From assembly GCA_028877275.1 (NCBI GenBank), contig JAPPFP010000006.1, positions 576,775 to 640,774 of the forward strand: a stretch of 64,000 nucleotides of DNA. The letters run 5' to 3'. This document shows, in pieces, positions 35,384 through 45,564 of the stretch. The translations under genes and the position numbers were made by a program. Every line of letters begins with the position of its first letter. The stretch's first letter is position 1. Under the pieces are notes generated by a model. The model did not search any database. It saw only the letters and a program-made list of their open reading frames with translations, and was not told the origin of the DNA. Origin of the DNA: Acidobacteriota bacterium (GTDB taxonomy: Bacteria; Acidobacteriota; Thermoanaerobaculia; Multivoradales; Multivoraceae).

Positions 35384-37020
35384 CCCCCGATCGCCACCGC
35401 TCGAGTTTTCGCGAACGGAGCGAAGAAATCGTTCCCCTTGTCGTCGATCACGATGAAGGCGGGGAAGTTCTCGACCTCGATCTGCCAGATCGCCTCCATG
35501 CCGAGATCCTCGAACTCGCGCAGCTCGACCTTCCGGATGCTCTGTTCGGCGAGTGCCGCCGCCGGACCGCCGATCGAGCCAAGATAGAAGCCGCCGTGCT
35601 TCTCGCAGGCGCGGCGCACTTCAGGCGAGCGGTTGCCCTTGGCCAGCATGACCATGCTGCCGCCGTGGCTCTGGAACAGGTCGACGTAGGGGTCCATCCG
35701 CCCCGCGGTCGTCGGCCCGAACGACCCGGACGCTTTGCCTTCGGGCTTCTTGGCGGGGCCGGCGTAGTAGACGGGCTGGTCCTTGAAGTACGGCGGGAGG
35801 TCCTCGCCGCGGTCGAGCAGCTCCTTGAGCCGGGCGTGGGCGATGTCGCGGGCGACGACCATCGGACCCGTTAGCGCCAGGCGCGTGGCGACGGGGTACT
35901 TCGAGAGTTCGGCCCGGATCTCGTCCATCGGCCGGTTCAGGTCGATCGCAACGACCTGGCCGCTGAGTTCGTCCTCGTCGATCTCGGGCAGGTATCGGGC
36001 CGGGTTCTCCTCGAGTTGCTCCAGGAAGACCCCGTCGCGGTTGATCCGGCCCAGGATCTGGCGGTCGGCCGAGCAGGACACGCCGAGCCCGACCGGCAGC
36101 GAGGCGCCGTGGCGCGGCAGGCGGATGACCCGCACGTCGTGCGCGAAGTACTTGCCGCCGAACTGGGCGCCGATGCCGATCCGGGTGCAGAGCTCGAAGA
36201 TCCGCTCCTCCATCTCCAGGTCGCGGAACGCCCGGCCCAGTTCGTTGCCGCTCGTCGGCAGGTCGTCGAGGGCGTGGCAGGTCGCTAGCTTGAGCGTCTT
36301 CATCGTCGCCTCGGCGGACGTGCCGCCGACGACCAGGGCGATGTGGTAGGGCGGGCAGGCCGACGTGCCAAGGGTGCGCAGCTTCTCGTCGACGAAGTTC
36401 ATCAACGAGATCGGGTTCAGGATCGCCTTCGTTTCCTGGTACAGGAAGCACTTGTTCGCCGAGCCGCCGCCCTTGGCGACGAACAGGAAGCGGTACTCGT
36501 CGCCGCGCGCCGCGTAGAGGTCGACCTGGGCGGGCAGGTTGGTGCCCGTGTTCTTCTCCTCGTACATCGACAGCGGCGCCATCTGGGAGTAGCGGAGGTT
36601 GCGCTCCTGGTAGGCGTCGAAGATGCCGCGGCAGAGCTCCTCTTCGTCGTCGAAGTCGGTGTAGACGTCCTGGCCCTTGTAGCCCAGGACGATCGCGGTG
36701 CCGGTGTCCTGGCAACCGGGGAGCACCCGGCCGGCGGCGATGTTCGCGTTCTTCAATAGCTCCATCGCCACGAAGCGGTCGTTCGCCGACGACTCCGGGT
36801 CGTCCATCACGCGGCGCAACTGCTCGAGGTGGCTCGCCCGCAGGAGGTGGGCGATGTCGTCCATCGCGTCGCGGGCGATCAGCCGCAGCGCCTCGGGATC
36901 GATATGGAGGGTTTCGCGGCCGCCGGCGGTCTCGACGCGGACGTGGTCCGGCGTCAGCAGCCGGTACTCCGGCTCGTCGCCGCCGTGTTCGAACATGTGC
37001 TGGTGGCGGAAGTCATGCAT
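35368..37020 (-). CDS. fumA: Class I fumarate hydratase (Fe-S, single-chain FumA/FumB type)
   Basis: It aligns end-to-end with E. coli FumA ([43 protein letters not shown]). Confidence 0.9.
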   Translation of the reverse strand: MHDFRHQHMFEHGGDEPEYRLLTPDHVRVETAGGRETLHIDPEALRLIARDAMDDIAHLLRASHLEQLRRVMDDPESSANDRFVAMELLKNANIAAGRVLPGCQDTGTAIVLGYKGQDVYTDFDDEEELCRGIFDAYQERNLRYSQMAPLSMYEEKNTGTNLPAQVDLYAARGDEYRFLFVAKGGGSANKCFLYQETKAILNPISLMNFVDEKLRTLGTSACPPYHIALVVGGTSAEATMKTLKLATCHALDDLPTSGNELGRAFRDLEMEERIFELCTRIGIGAQFGGKYFAHDVRVIRLPRHGASLPVGLGVSCSADRQILGRINRDGVFLEQLEENPARYLPEIDEDELSGQVVAIDLNRPMDEIRAELSKYPVATRLALTGPMVVARDIAHARLKELLDRGEDLPPYFKDQPVYYAGPAKKPEGKASGSFGPTTAGRMDPYVDLFQSHGGSMVMLAKGNRSPEVRRACEKHGGFYLGSIGGPAAALAEQSIRKVELREFEDLGMEAIWQIEVENFPAFIVIDDKGNDFFAPFAKTRAVAIGGGRKN

Positions 37021-37112
37021 GGCTGTCCTTGAGTCTGCGCGACGGACGACCGCGAAGCAAGTTGCGAAGCTGGGGCGCGCAGGCGACCCGCTGCTAGTCT
37101 GCCCGCCTGACC

Positions 37113-38309
37113 GTGCGGTCCCCCGTTTCCATCCTTCTCCTGGCTGGCGTCGGCGCGGGGGCCTGCGGGTACACGGTTCCTCCGCCCGAGATGCCCGAAG
37201 AAACAGCCGCCCTGCTTGAGGTTGTGGAAGTGACCCGGCGTCCGTGGGGCGAAGTCGACGGCAGGGAGGTCGAGATCTTCCGTCTCGCGTCGCGGACGGG
37301 GCTCCAGGCCGAGATCGCCGAGCTCGGCGGCGCCATCGTGTCCCTGACGGCCCAGGGCCGCGACGGCGAGTTCGCCGACGTCGTGCTCGGCTTCGACGAC
37401 CTCGATTCGTATCTCGCGGACACGAACCCCTACTTCGGCGTTGTCGTCGGGCGCTATGCGAATCGCATCGCCGGGGGCCGCTTCACTCTCGACGGCGAGA
37501 CCTACGCCCTGCCCCGGAACGACGGGAAGAACAGCCTCCACGGCGGCATCCAGGGGCTCAGCCGGGTGGTCTGGGAGGGCGAACCGTTCGAGAACAGCGA
37601 CGGAGCGGGCGTCATGCTCCGGTACCGGAGTCCCGATGGCGAGGAGGGCTACCCGGGCAACGTGGACTTCCAGGTGCGCTACCTGTTGACGTCCCTCGGC
37701 GACCTTCGCATTGAAGCGGAAGCGGTGACCGACGAGCCCACCGTCGTCAACCTGTCCTTCCACTCGTACTTCAACCTGAAGGGCGAGGGCGAGGGCGACA
37801 TCCTGGACCACGAACTCGTGCTCAACAGCGAGCAGTACACGCCCGTGGACGACACGTTGATTCCGACTGGCGAGGTCGCGTCCACCGAAGGCACGCCGAT
37901 GGACTTCCGGACCGCGGCGCCGATCGGCGACCGGATCGACGACGACTTCGACCAGCTTCGCTTCGGCGGCGGTTACGACCACAACTGGGTGTTGCGGCCG
38001 CCGGAGGACGACGGCGAGATGCGCCTGGCGGCCGTCGTCGTCGAACCGACGAGCGGCAGGAAGCTGGTCGTGAAGACGAGTGCCCCGGGGCTGCAGGTCT
38101 ACACCGGTAACTTCCTCGACGGCACCCTGGTCGGCAAGAGCGGTCGGCCCTACGTCCATCGGGGCGGCCTGTGCCTCGAGACGCAGCACTTTCCCGACTC
38201 CCCGAACCAGCCGTCATTCCCGAGCACGGTGCTGCGGCCCGGCGAGACCTACCGGCAGGTCACCGAATACCAGTTCCTGACAGGCGGTTCGATGCTGGAG
38301 CGAGAGTAG
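37113..38309 (+). CDS. galM: Aldose 1-epimerase (galactose mutarotase family), lipoprotein
   Basis: Family motifs are [16 protein letters not shown] and KNSLHGG. The start is GTG. The lipobox is [10 protein letters not shown]. Confidence 0.8.
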   Translation: MRSPVSILLLAGVGAGACGYTVPPPEMPEETAALLEVVEVTRRPWGEVDGREVEIFRLASRTGLQAEIAELGGAIVSLTAQGRDGEFADVVLGFDDLDSYLADTNPYFGVVVGRYANRIAGGRFTLDGETYALPRNDGKNSLHGGIQGLSRVVWEGEPFENSDGAGVMLRYRSPDGEEGYPGNVDFQVRYLLTSLGDLRIEAEAVTDEPTVVNLSFHSYFNLKGEGEGDILDHELVLNSEQYTPVDDTLIPTGEVASTEGTPMDFRTAAPIGDRIDDDFDQLRFGGGYDHNWVLRPPEDDGEMRLAAVVVEPTSGRKLVVKTSAPGLQVYTGNFLDGTLVGKSGRPYVHRGGLCLETQHFPDSPNQPSFPSTVLRPGETYRQVTEYQFLTGGSMLERE

Positions 38310-38437
38310 CGGGCACTCGCTCCGTCGCGCCCAGGCCCGAAACCAACGCGCCCACGCCGCGTAAACCACAACCATAGAATGCGCGGCATGGAACGATCGG
38401 CCGGCGGCGCCAGTCCGCCGAAGCCAGCGGTGCGCCA

Positions 38438-39673
38438 GTGAGCGCGCCGGCCAGTCAGGGCGACGGTCCCGAGATCTCGCCGCCGCGGCCGGATCTGTCG
38501 ATCCTGCGTGACGACGACGAGTACGAATACCGCCCACGGCGCGGTCGCTTCATCAAGTGGGGGATTCTGCTGGTACTAGCCGCAGCGGCGGTGTTCGCCG
38601 TCTACCGGGTGCCGCCCGATCAGTACGTGCCTTTCCTCATGCCCGAGGTCGAGACGACGACGGTGCAGCGCCTGACCCCTGAGCAGGCCTCGACCGTGCT
38701 CACCGCGACCGGCTACACCTACGCGCGGGTGCGGGCGGCGGTGGGGGCGAAGATCATCGGCCGGATCACCGAGCTCCACGTCGACGAGGGCGACGCGGTG
38801 GCGGCGGGCGACGTGATCGCGGTGCTCGACAGCGATGACCTCGAGGCGGCGGTGCGCCGCGCCCAGGCGTCGCTGATCGAGGCGGCCGCGAGGCTCTCCG
38901 ACGCGATCCGGGAAGAAGCCCGCCAGAGGCGGATCGTCGAGGCGGGCGTCGCGCCCTCCGCCGATCTGGACGCGGCGGTCACGCAGCTTCAGGTGACGCG
39001 GGCCCAGGTGGGTACGGCGCGGGCGAACCTGGAGTCGATCGAAGCGCAGCTCGCCTACACGGTGATCAGTGCTCCGGTCGACGGGGTGGTCATCGAACGG
39101 ACGGTCGAAGTGGGGGAGATGGTCGCGCCGGGAGGCTTCACCAGCCAGCAGGCCACCGGTGCGCTGGTTCGCATCGCCGATCCGACCTCGCTCGAGGTCG
39201 AGGCGGACATCAACGAGAGTTTCATCGCCCGGATCCAGCTCGGCCAGCCGGCGACGATCAAGGTCGACGCCGTGCCGGACCACGAGTACCACGGCACGCT
39301 GCGACAGATCGTGCCGACCGCCGACCGGCAGCGCGCCGTGGTCCAGGTCAAGGTGACGATCGACGACCGCGACGCGCGCCTGGTGCCCGACATGAGCTGC
39401 AGCGTCACGTTCCTGCAGGAGGGCGTCGACGAGACCGTGCTCCAGGCCGAACCGAAGATCCTGGTCGCGGCGGAGGCGATCGTGAACGACGGCGGCGGCG
39501 ACTACGTCCTGCTCCTGCGTGACGGCCAACTGGAGCGGGCGCCGATCGAACTCGGCCTGGAGCAGGACGGCAACCAGTTCGAGGTGTTGTCGGGGCTTCG
39601 CGGCGGCGAAGTCGTCGTGCGAAGTCCGACGCCGGAGCTCACACCGGGCCTGCGGGTACGCGAGGCCTCCTAG
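38438..39673 (+). CDS. Efflux periplasmic adaptor subunit (HlyD/MacA family)
   Basis: A TM anchor is followed by coiled-coil, lipoyl and beta-barrel segments. Confidence 0.8.
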   Translation: MSAPASQGDGPEISPPRPDLSILRDDDEYEYRPRRGRFIKWGILLVLAAAAVFAVYRVPPDQYVPFLMPEVETTTVQRLTPEQASTVLTATGYTYARVRAAVGAKIIGRITELHVDEGDAVAAGDVIAVLDSDDLEAAVRRAQASLIEAAARLSDAIREEARQRRIVEAGVAPSADLDAAVTQLQVTRAQVGTARANLESIEAQLAYTVISAPVDGVVIERTVEVGEMVAPGGFTSQQATGALVRIADPTSLEVEADINESFIARIQLGQPATIKVDAVPDHEYHGTLRQIVPTADRQRAVVQVKVTIDDRDARLVPDMSCSVTFLQEGVDETVLQAEPKILVAAEAIVNDGGGDYVLLLRDGQLERAPIELGLEQDGNQFEVLSGLRGGEVVVRSPTPELTPGLRVREAS

Positions 39674-39697
39674 AGAGTCCAACGAGGGAGCTGATAG

Positions 39698-40396
39698 ATG
39701 GCTGAAACCGTCGTCCAGATGCGGGACGTGACGAAGAACTACCGGCGCGACGCCTTTGAGCTGAAGGTGCTCCAGGGCATCACCCTGAACGTCGAGGCGG
39801 GCGACTTCGTCGCTCTGATGGGGCCATCCGGTTCCGGCAAGAGCACGTTGCTCAACCTGCTCGCCGGCATCGACCAGCCGAGCAGCGGGGACCTCGTCGT
39901 CGCCGGCGAACAGGTGAGCCGGATGAACGAAAGCAGGCTCGCCAGGTGGCGCCAGCGGCACATCGGCTTCATCTTCCAGTTCTACAACCTGATCCCGGTG
40001 CTGACGGCCTACGAGAACGTGGAGCTGCCGCTGACGCTGCGGCGCGGGTCACGGGCGGCGCGCAAGCGGCGGGTCGAGACCGCGCTCTCCGTGGTCGGCC
40101 TGCAGAACCGGATGAAGCACTACCCGCGGCAACTCTCGGGCGGCCAGGAACAGCGGGTGGCGATCGCCCGCGCGATCGTCACCGATCCGACCCTGCTGCT
40201 CGCCGATGAGCCGACCGGCGATCTCGACGCGGACTCGGGGCGGGAGATCCTCGACCTCCTCGGTCAACTGAACGAGCAGTTCAACAAGACGATTCTGATG
40301 GTGACCCATGACCCGAACGCGGCCGCGAGGGCGAAGCGCCTGGTGCGGCTCGACAAGGGACAACTGGTGTCGGGCGACGCGGGAGCTGGAGCATGA
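39698..40396 (+). CDS. ABC transporter ATP-binding protein (MacB/LolD-type)
   Basis: Walker A is GPSGSGKST, the signature is LSGGQEQRV, and Walker B is LLLADEPT. Confidence 0.9.
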   Translation: MAETVVQMRDVTKNYRRDAFELKVLQGITLNVEAGDFVALMGPSGSGKSTLLNLLAGIDQPSSGDLVVAGEQVSRMNESRLARWRQRHIGFIFQFYNLIPVLTAYENVELPLTLRRGSRAARKRRVETALSVVGLQNRMKHYPRQLSGGQEQRVAIARAIVTDPTLLLADEPTGDLDADSGREILDLLGQLNEQFNKTILMVTHDPNAAARAKRLVRLDKGQLVSGDAGAGA

Positions 40397-41538
40397 TCAA
40401 GCTGATTCGACGCAATCTGCTGCGCAACAAGCGCCGCACCTTCCTGACCATGGCCAGCCTGGCGATGGCGCTGTTCATCCTGTCGCTGCTGGGCGTGGTC
40501 AACGACGCGATGAACTTCGCCGACGAGTCCGAGATTCCCGACCGGCTGGTCGTCCGCAACGCGATCTCGCTGACGTTCCCGTTGCCCGAGGCGTACGAGC
40601 AGCGGCTTCGGACGATCGACAACGTGGTCGCGGTGACGCCCCAGAACTGGTTCCAGGGCGTCTACAAGGACCAGAGACCCGAGAACTTCTTTCCCCGCTT
40701 CACCGTCGATCCGGAGACGTTCCGGAGCGTCTTCTACGACTACACCTGGAACGAGGAGGACTGGCAGGCGTTCGCGGAGCAGCGCACGGCCTTCGCCGCT
40801 GGGCGCGAGCTGACCGAGATCCAGGGCTGGTCGATCGGCGACATCATCACGATCAAGGGCGACATCTACCCGATCGACGTCGAACTCCAGTTGCGCGCGA
40901 TCTTCGACTACGACCAGCCGGGCCAGGAGCGGCAGATCTTCTTCCACCGGCGCTACGTCGAGGAGGCGATGGGCAACCCGGGCCAGAACGGCACCTACTG
41001 GCTGCTGCTGGACGACCCGGAAGCGGCGCCCGCGGTGATCACCGCCGCCGAGGCCATGTTCGAGAACTCGGACAACCAGGTGCGGGCGGAGACCGCCGAG
41101 GCGTTCGCCGCCTCGTTCACGGAAATGCTGGGCAACATCCAGTTCTTCTTCACCATGATCGGGCTCGCGATCGTCATCTCCATCTTCCTGATCACCGCGA
41201 ACACGATGGCGATGGCCGCGCGCGAGCGCACGACCGAAGTCTCCGTCCTCCGTACGCTGGGCTTCCGGCGCAACCAGGTGCTCGGCATGGTGGTCGGTGA
41301 GTCCCTGGCGGTCGGTGTGCTGGGCTCCGCGCTCGGTCTCGGCTTCACGGCGGTCGCGATCCGGGGCGCGACGCCGTTTCTGGAGCAGATGGGTTTCGGC
41401 TTCGGTGGCTTCGCGCTCGATACCCAGGTGCTGGTTACGGCGGTCACGATCGGCATCTCGGTCGGCCTGTTGAGCGGCGTCTTCCCGGCGGTCGCCGCGG
41501 CAAGGCTCAAGATCGTCGACGGACTGAGGCGGCTCTGA
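40393..41538 (+). CDS. ABC transporter permease, FtsX-like (LolC/E / MacB-type)
   Basis: TM1 is followed by a large periplasmic loop and 3 TM helices. The gene overlaps the ATPase stop by 4 nt. Confidence 0.8.
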   Translation: MIKLIRRNLLRNKRRTFLTMASLAMALFILSLLGVVNDAMNFADESEIPDRLVVRNAISLTFPLPEAYEQRLRTIDNVVAVTPQNWFQGVYKDQRPENFFPRFTVDPETFRSVFYDYTWNEEDWQAFAEQRTAFAAGRELTEIQGWSIGDIITIKGDIYPIDVELQLRAIFDYDQPGQERQIFFHRRYVEEAMGNPGQNGTYWLLLDDPEAAPAVITAAEAMFENSDNQVRAETAEAFAASFTEMLGNIQFFFTMIGLAIVISIFLITANTMAMAARERTTEVSVLRTLGFRRNQVLGMVVGESLAVGVLGSALGLGFTAVAIRGATPFLEQMGFGFGGFALDTQVLVTAVTIGISVGLLSGVFPAVAAARLKIVDGLRRL

Positions 41539-41566
41539 CGATGGGCGGCATGCGCGAGGAGACGGC

Positions 41567-42724
41567 ATGATCCCGATCAAGTACACGTACCGCAACCTGT
41601 TCGAGCGCCGGGGCGTGGCGTTCATGACGCTGGCCTCGATCGGCTTCGTCGTCCTGGTCTACATCGGCGTGCTCGCCCTTGCCGGCGGCCTGCGGGCCGC
41701 GTTCGCGGACACCGGCGATCCCTCGGTCGTCATCGTGATGCGGGACGGCACACGCGCCGAGATGGAGAGTTCCTACGCGCAGGAGAGCCACCGCCTGCTG
41801 ACCGCGATGCCCGGCATCGAGCGAACGGCCGACGGCGCGGTGATGGCCTCCGGCGAAACGGTCACGATCCAGATCTTCCAGCGGGTCGACGGTACCGAGA
41901 CGAACGTGATGGTCCGCGGCGTCGAGCCCGGAGCATTCGCCATCCGGCCGGGCTTCGAGATCACCGAGGGCCGGGTCTTCGAGCCGGGTCGCGGCGAGAT
42001 CATCGTCGGCCGCAGCCTGGCCGGCCGGCTCGGCCTGCGGGTCGGCGACGAGCGTGAGTTGGGCCGGAACAGTTTCCGGGTCGTCGGCACCTTCGCCGGC
42101 GTGGGCGCCCACGGCTCCGAGATCTGGGGGGACTACCGCGACCTGGGCGATTCGTTCCGCCGCAGCGGCTACTACTCGTCGACCCGGCTCCAGGCCGCGT
42201 CGCCGGCCGCGGCGGGCAACCTGATCGAGACGGTCAAGGCGGACCAGCGCCTGCAGGTGCAGGCCCTGACGGAACCCGAGTACTACGAACTCCAGTCGGA
42301 GACGTCATCGGGTCAGTTCATCATCCTCGGCAACGTGCTGGCCGTGCTGATGGCGATCGGCGCCTGCTTCGCCGCCGCGAACACGATGTACGCGCAGGTC
42401 GCCGCCCGCGCCCGCGAGATCGGTACTCTGCGCGCCCTCGGCTTCAAGCGGCGCTCGATCATGGGCAGCTTCTTCCTGGAGGCGGTGCTGCTCGGCGTGG
42501 TCGCCGGCGGCTTCGGCGCCCTGCTGTCGCTGCCGCTCAACGCGATCCAGACCGGCACGATGAACCAGGTGACCTTCAGCGAGATCACGTTCCAGTTGCG
42601 AACGACACCGTTCGCCCTCTTCTCGGGCATCTTCCTGGCCACCGTGACCGGCGTTCTCGGCGGCCTGCTTCCGGCCTTCGGTGCCTCACGGCAGAAGATC
42701 ACCGACCTTCTCCGCGAAGCATAA
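41567..42724 (+). CDS. ABC transporter permease, FtsX-like (second subunit)
   Basis: The topology matches 40393..41538, of which it is a paralog. Confidence 0.8.
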   Translation: MIPIKYTYRNLFERRGVAFMTLASIGFVVLVYIGVLALAGGLRAAFADTGDPSVVIVMRDGTRAEMESSYAQESHRLLTAMPGIERTADGAVMASGETVTIQIFQRVDGTETNVMVRGVEPGAFAIRPGFEITEGRVFEPGRGEIIVGRSLAGRLGLRVGDERELGRNSFRVVGTFAGVGAHGSEIWGDYRDLGDSFRRSGYYSSTRLQAASPAAAGNLIETVKADQRLQVQALTEPEYYELQSETSSGQFIILGNVLAVLMAIGACFAAANTMYAQVAARAREIGTLRALGFKRRSIMGSFFLEAVLLGVVAGGFGALLSLPLNAIQTGTMNQVTFSEITFQLRTTPFALFSGIFLATVTGVLGGLLPAFGASRQKITDLLREA

Positions 42725-42746
42725 ACACCGGGTGCCCTGCCGGTGC

Positions 42747-42764
42747 GCCGGCCTTCCGGCCGGC
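42747..42764. repeat. Palindromic box GCCGGCC-TTCC-GGCCGGC, copy 2, followed by 12-codon MRAAK... mini-ORF remnant (42769-42807)
   Basis: The box starts 22 bp after the stop of the permease gene and lies 55 bp before the sulfatase start. Confidence 0.5.
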
Positions 42765-42819
42765 ATCCATGCGAGCAGCGAAGCGGCGAGCCCGAGTGCC
42801 CGTGTAGCCTAGAAGGACG

Positions 42820-45564
42820 GTGTCCAGCCCTTCGGTCCGTCTCTCCCAGGCGTCCCTGCTAGTCGCCGCGGGTCTCCTTGTCGCCGCGTGTGGCGACTCA
42901 CCGACGCCGGCCGCACCGGCTCCAGCGCCACTCCCCAACATCGTCCTCATCGTTCCCGACGACCTGGGACGCCACGACGTCAGCTTCCACGGCGGCGAGA
43001 TCGCGACGCCGAACATCGACCGGATCGCTGCCGAGGGTGTGCGGCTGGAGCGGTTCTACAGCGCGCCCGTCTGCTCGCCGACCCGGGCCGGCCTGATGAC
43101 CGGCCGCTATCCCATCCGCTTCGGCCTGATGAGGGCGGTGATCGCACCCTGGCGGGACTATGGGATGGACACGTCGGAGGTCACGTTGCCGGAAGTGCTG
43201 GCCCGGGCCGGCTACGAGCACCGCGGCATCTTCGGCAAATGGCACCTCGGCCACTTCGCCCGCAAGTACCATCCGCTGCGCCGGGGCTTCACCGAGTTCG
43301 TCGGCCACAACACGGCGGTCGACTACTTCACGAAGGAGCGGATCGGCGAACGCGACTGGAGTCACGACTACGAGTCGGTCGACGAGGAGGGGTACGTGAC
43401 GGACCTCCTCGCGGACCACGCGGTGCGGTTCATCGATCGCCACGCCGGCGGCGACGCGCCGTTCTTCCTCTACGTCCCGTTCAGCGCGCCGCACTCGCCG
43501 CTCCAGGCGAAGGAGGAAGACCTGCCGCGCTACGCCGATCTCGAGCCGTTCGAACCTCCGCGCGGCTGGGAGGAGTCGACTGCCGGCCGGCCGCTTGCCG
43601 CCGACGAGCGCCGGCGCAACGGTCGCCGTGTCCACGCCGCGATGGTTCACTCGCTCGACGAGGGCGTCGGCCGGATCCTCGACGCAATCGACGGTCACGG
43701 CATCGCCGACAACACGCTCGTCCTGTTCTTCAGCGACAACGGCGGTTCCGTCGGCATCGGCGACAACGGCCCCTACCGTGGAGCCAAGGGCAGCGTCTTC
43801 GAGGGCGGCACACGGGTGGCCGCGGCCGCGCGCTGGCCGGCGGGGAACGTCGAGGCCGGCGGCCGGATCGAGGCGCCGGTGTCCTACGTCGACGTGCTGC
43901 CGACCCTGATGGGAATCACCGGCATCGACGATCACGGCGGCAAGCCGCTGGACGGTGTCGACGTCGGCGACCTGCTGACGGGTGAGGCCAATGCCGGTCC
44001 GGACCGTGATCTCTACTCCTTTATCGCCCAGCTCGACCCCGAGCGGGAGCAGGTCTCCGTGACCGAGGGCGAGTGGAAGCTGGTCGTCGTTGGGCCGCCG
44101 CTGGTCCGGGAGGACGCGGTGGACGCGTCGCGGATGATGCTGTTCCGGCTGGCCGAGGATCCCTTCGAAGAGCGGGACGTGTCGGCCGAACATCCCGATT
44201 TGGTGGCGCGCCTCCTCGAGAAGGCCGCGGCGTTCCGGGCGCTCCAGCCGCCCAATCCGGTGGCGCCGTTCTTCGCAGGCCGTGAAGGCTTCAAACCCCC
44301 GCCCAACTGGCAGTTCCCGCCGAAGCGACCGAACATCCTCCTCATCCTGATCGACGACCTCGGCTTCGAGGCGATCGGCGCCTACGGCGGCGCTTCGTAC
44401 GAGACGCCGAACATCGACCGTCTGGCTACGGAAGGAGTCCGCTTCACCCACGCCTACTCGACGCCGCTGTGCTCGCCGTCGCGGCTCAAGCTGATGACCG
44501 GGCGCTACAACAGCCGCAACTACACCGAGTGGGGCGTGTTGCCGCGGGACGAGGTCACGTTCGCGAACCTGCTCCAGGACGCCGGCTACGCCACATACAT
44601 GGCCGGGAAGTGGCAGCTTTCCGGGTTCCAACTGGGCTGGAAGGAGGACTGCTGCGAGGGCTTGGGGCGAACGCCCGAGGAGGCCGGTTTCGACGACTAC
44701 CTGGTCTGGCACTACCACCAGAAGGGGGAGCGCTACGCCGATCCGCTGCTCTGGGGATCGGGCGACAGAGGCGGCGTCTTTGAGGGCGAGTACGGCCCGG
44801 ACCTGTTCGCCGACTTCCTGCTCGAGAAGATCGGAGCCCTGGTCCGTGAGGGCGCCGATCGCCCGTTCGCTGCCTACCACTCGATGGCGCTGGTCCACGC
44901 TCCCTTCGAGCCGACGCCTGACAGCGTCGACTGGAACGTCGATCGCAAGGCGCAGGACCCCGCCTACTTCTCCGACATGGTGGCCTACACGGACAAGCTG
45001 GTCGGCCGCATGCTCGACGGTTTCGAGGAACTGGGCCTTCTGGACGACACGCTGATCCTGCTGACCGCCGACAACGGCACGCCCAGACAGATCACCAGCA
45101 CGCTGCTCGACGGCACGGTGATCCCCGGCGGCAAGGGCGGGACGATCGACTACGGCAGCCACGTTCCGTTCATCGCCACCTGGCCAGCCGGCGTCGACGG
45201 CGGCCGGACTTCGGACGCCCTGATCGACCTCAGCGACTTTCTGCCGTCGATGGTCGAGGCGGCCGGCGGGTCGCTGCCCACGGACCGCGTGATCGACGGC
45301 CGCAGTTTCCTGCCCGTGCTGCGGGGCGAAACGGACTCCGCCCGCGACTCGATCTTCACCGACTTTCGGCCGCGCTTCCTGAACATCCCGGAAGTGACCT
45401 TCGTCCACGACCGCCGCTACAAGCTGTACGACGACGGCCGCTTCTTCGATTTCGAGAACGATGTGCGGGAACAGAATCCCCTCGACCCTGACGACCTGAC
45501 GGAAGAGGCGGCCGCGGCCATGGCGAGACTGCGCGCGGCGATGGTGGAGGGCCTTGGCGGCTAG
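42820..45564 (+). CDS. Two-domain sulfatase fusion (two complete formylglycine-type sulfatase domains, 914 aa), lipoprotein
   Basis: Domain 1 has CSPTRAGLMTGR and GKWHLG. Domain 2 starts at PNILLILIDDLGFEA with CSPSRLKLMTGR and GKWQLSG. The start is GTG and the lipobox is LVAAC. Confidence 0.85.
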   Translation: MSSPSVRLSQASLLVAAGLLVAACGDSPTPAAPAPAPLPNIVLIVPDDLGRHDVSFHGGEIATPNIDRIAAEGVRLERFYSAPVCSPTRAGLMTGRYPIRFGLMRAVIAPWRDYGMDTSEVTLPEVLARAGYEHRGIFGKWHLGHFARKYHPLRRGFTEFVGHNTAVDYFTKERIGERDWSHDYESVDEEGYVTDLLADHAVRFIDRHAGGDAPFFLYVPFSAPHSPLQAKEEDLPRYADLEPFEPPRGWEESTAGRPLAADERRRNGRRVHAAMVHSLDEGVGRILDAIDGHGIADNTLVLFFSDNGGSVGIGDNGPYRGAKGSVFEGGTRVAAAARWPAGNVEAGGRIEAPVSYVDVLPTLMGITGIDDHGGKPLDGVDVGDLLTGEANAGPDRDLYSFIAQLDPEREQVSVTEGEWKLVVVGPPLVREDAVDASRMMLFRLAEDPFEERDVSAEHPDLVARLLEKAAAFRALQPPNPVAPFFAGREGFKPPPNWQFPPKRPNILLILIDDLGFEAIGAYGGASYETPNIDRLATEGVRFTHAYSTPLCSPSRLKLMTGRYNSRNYTEWGVLPRDEVTFANLLQDAGYATYMAGKWQLSGFQLGWKEDCCEGLGRTPEEAGFDDYLVWHYHQKGERYADPLLWGSGDRGGVFEGEYGPDLFADFLLEKIGALVREGADRPFAAYHSMALVHAPFEPTPDSVDWNVDRKAQDPAYFSDMVAYTDKLVGRMLDGFEELGLLDDTLILLTADNGTPRQITSTLLDGTVIPGGKGGTIDYGSHVPFIATWPAGVDGGRTSDALIDLSDFLPSMVEAAGGSLPTDRVIDGRSFLPVLRGETDSARDSIFTDFRPRFLNIPEVTFVHDRRYKLYDDGRFFDFENDVREQNPLDPDDLTEEAAAAMARLRAAMVEGLGG

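Noticed and set aside
42769-42807. 12-codon ORF MRAAKRRARVPV as a leader peptide of the sulfatase operon
   Set aside because: It is more simply explained as a copied fragment of the 29383 gene start carried along with the palindromic box. I cannot evaluate a leader-peptide function from sequence alone.
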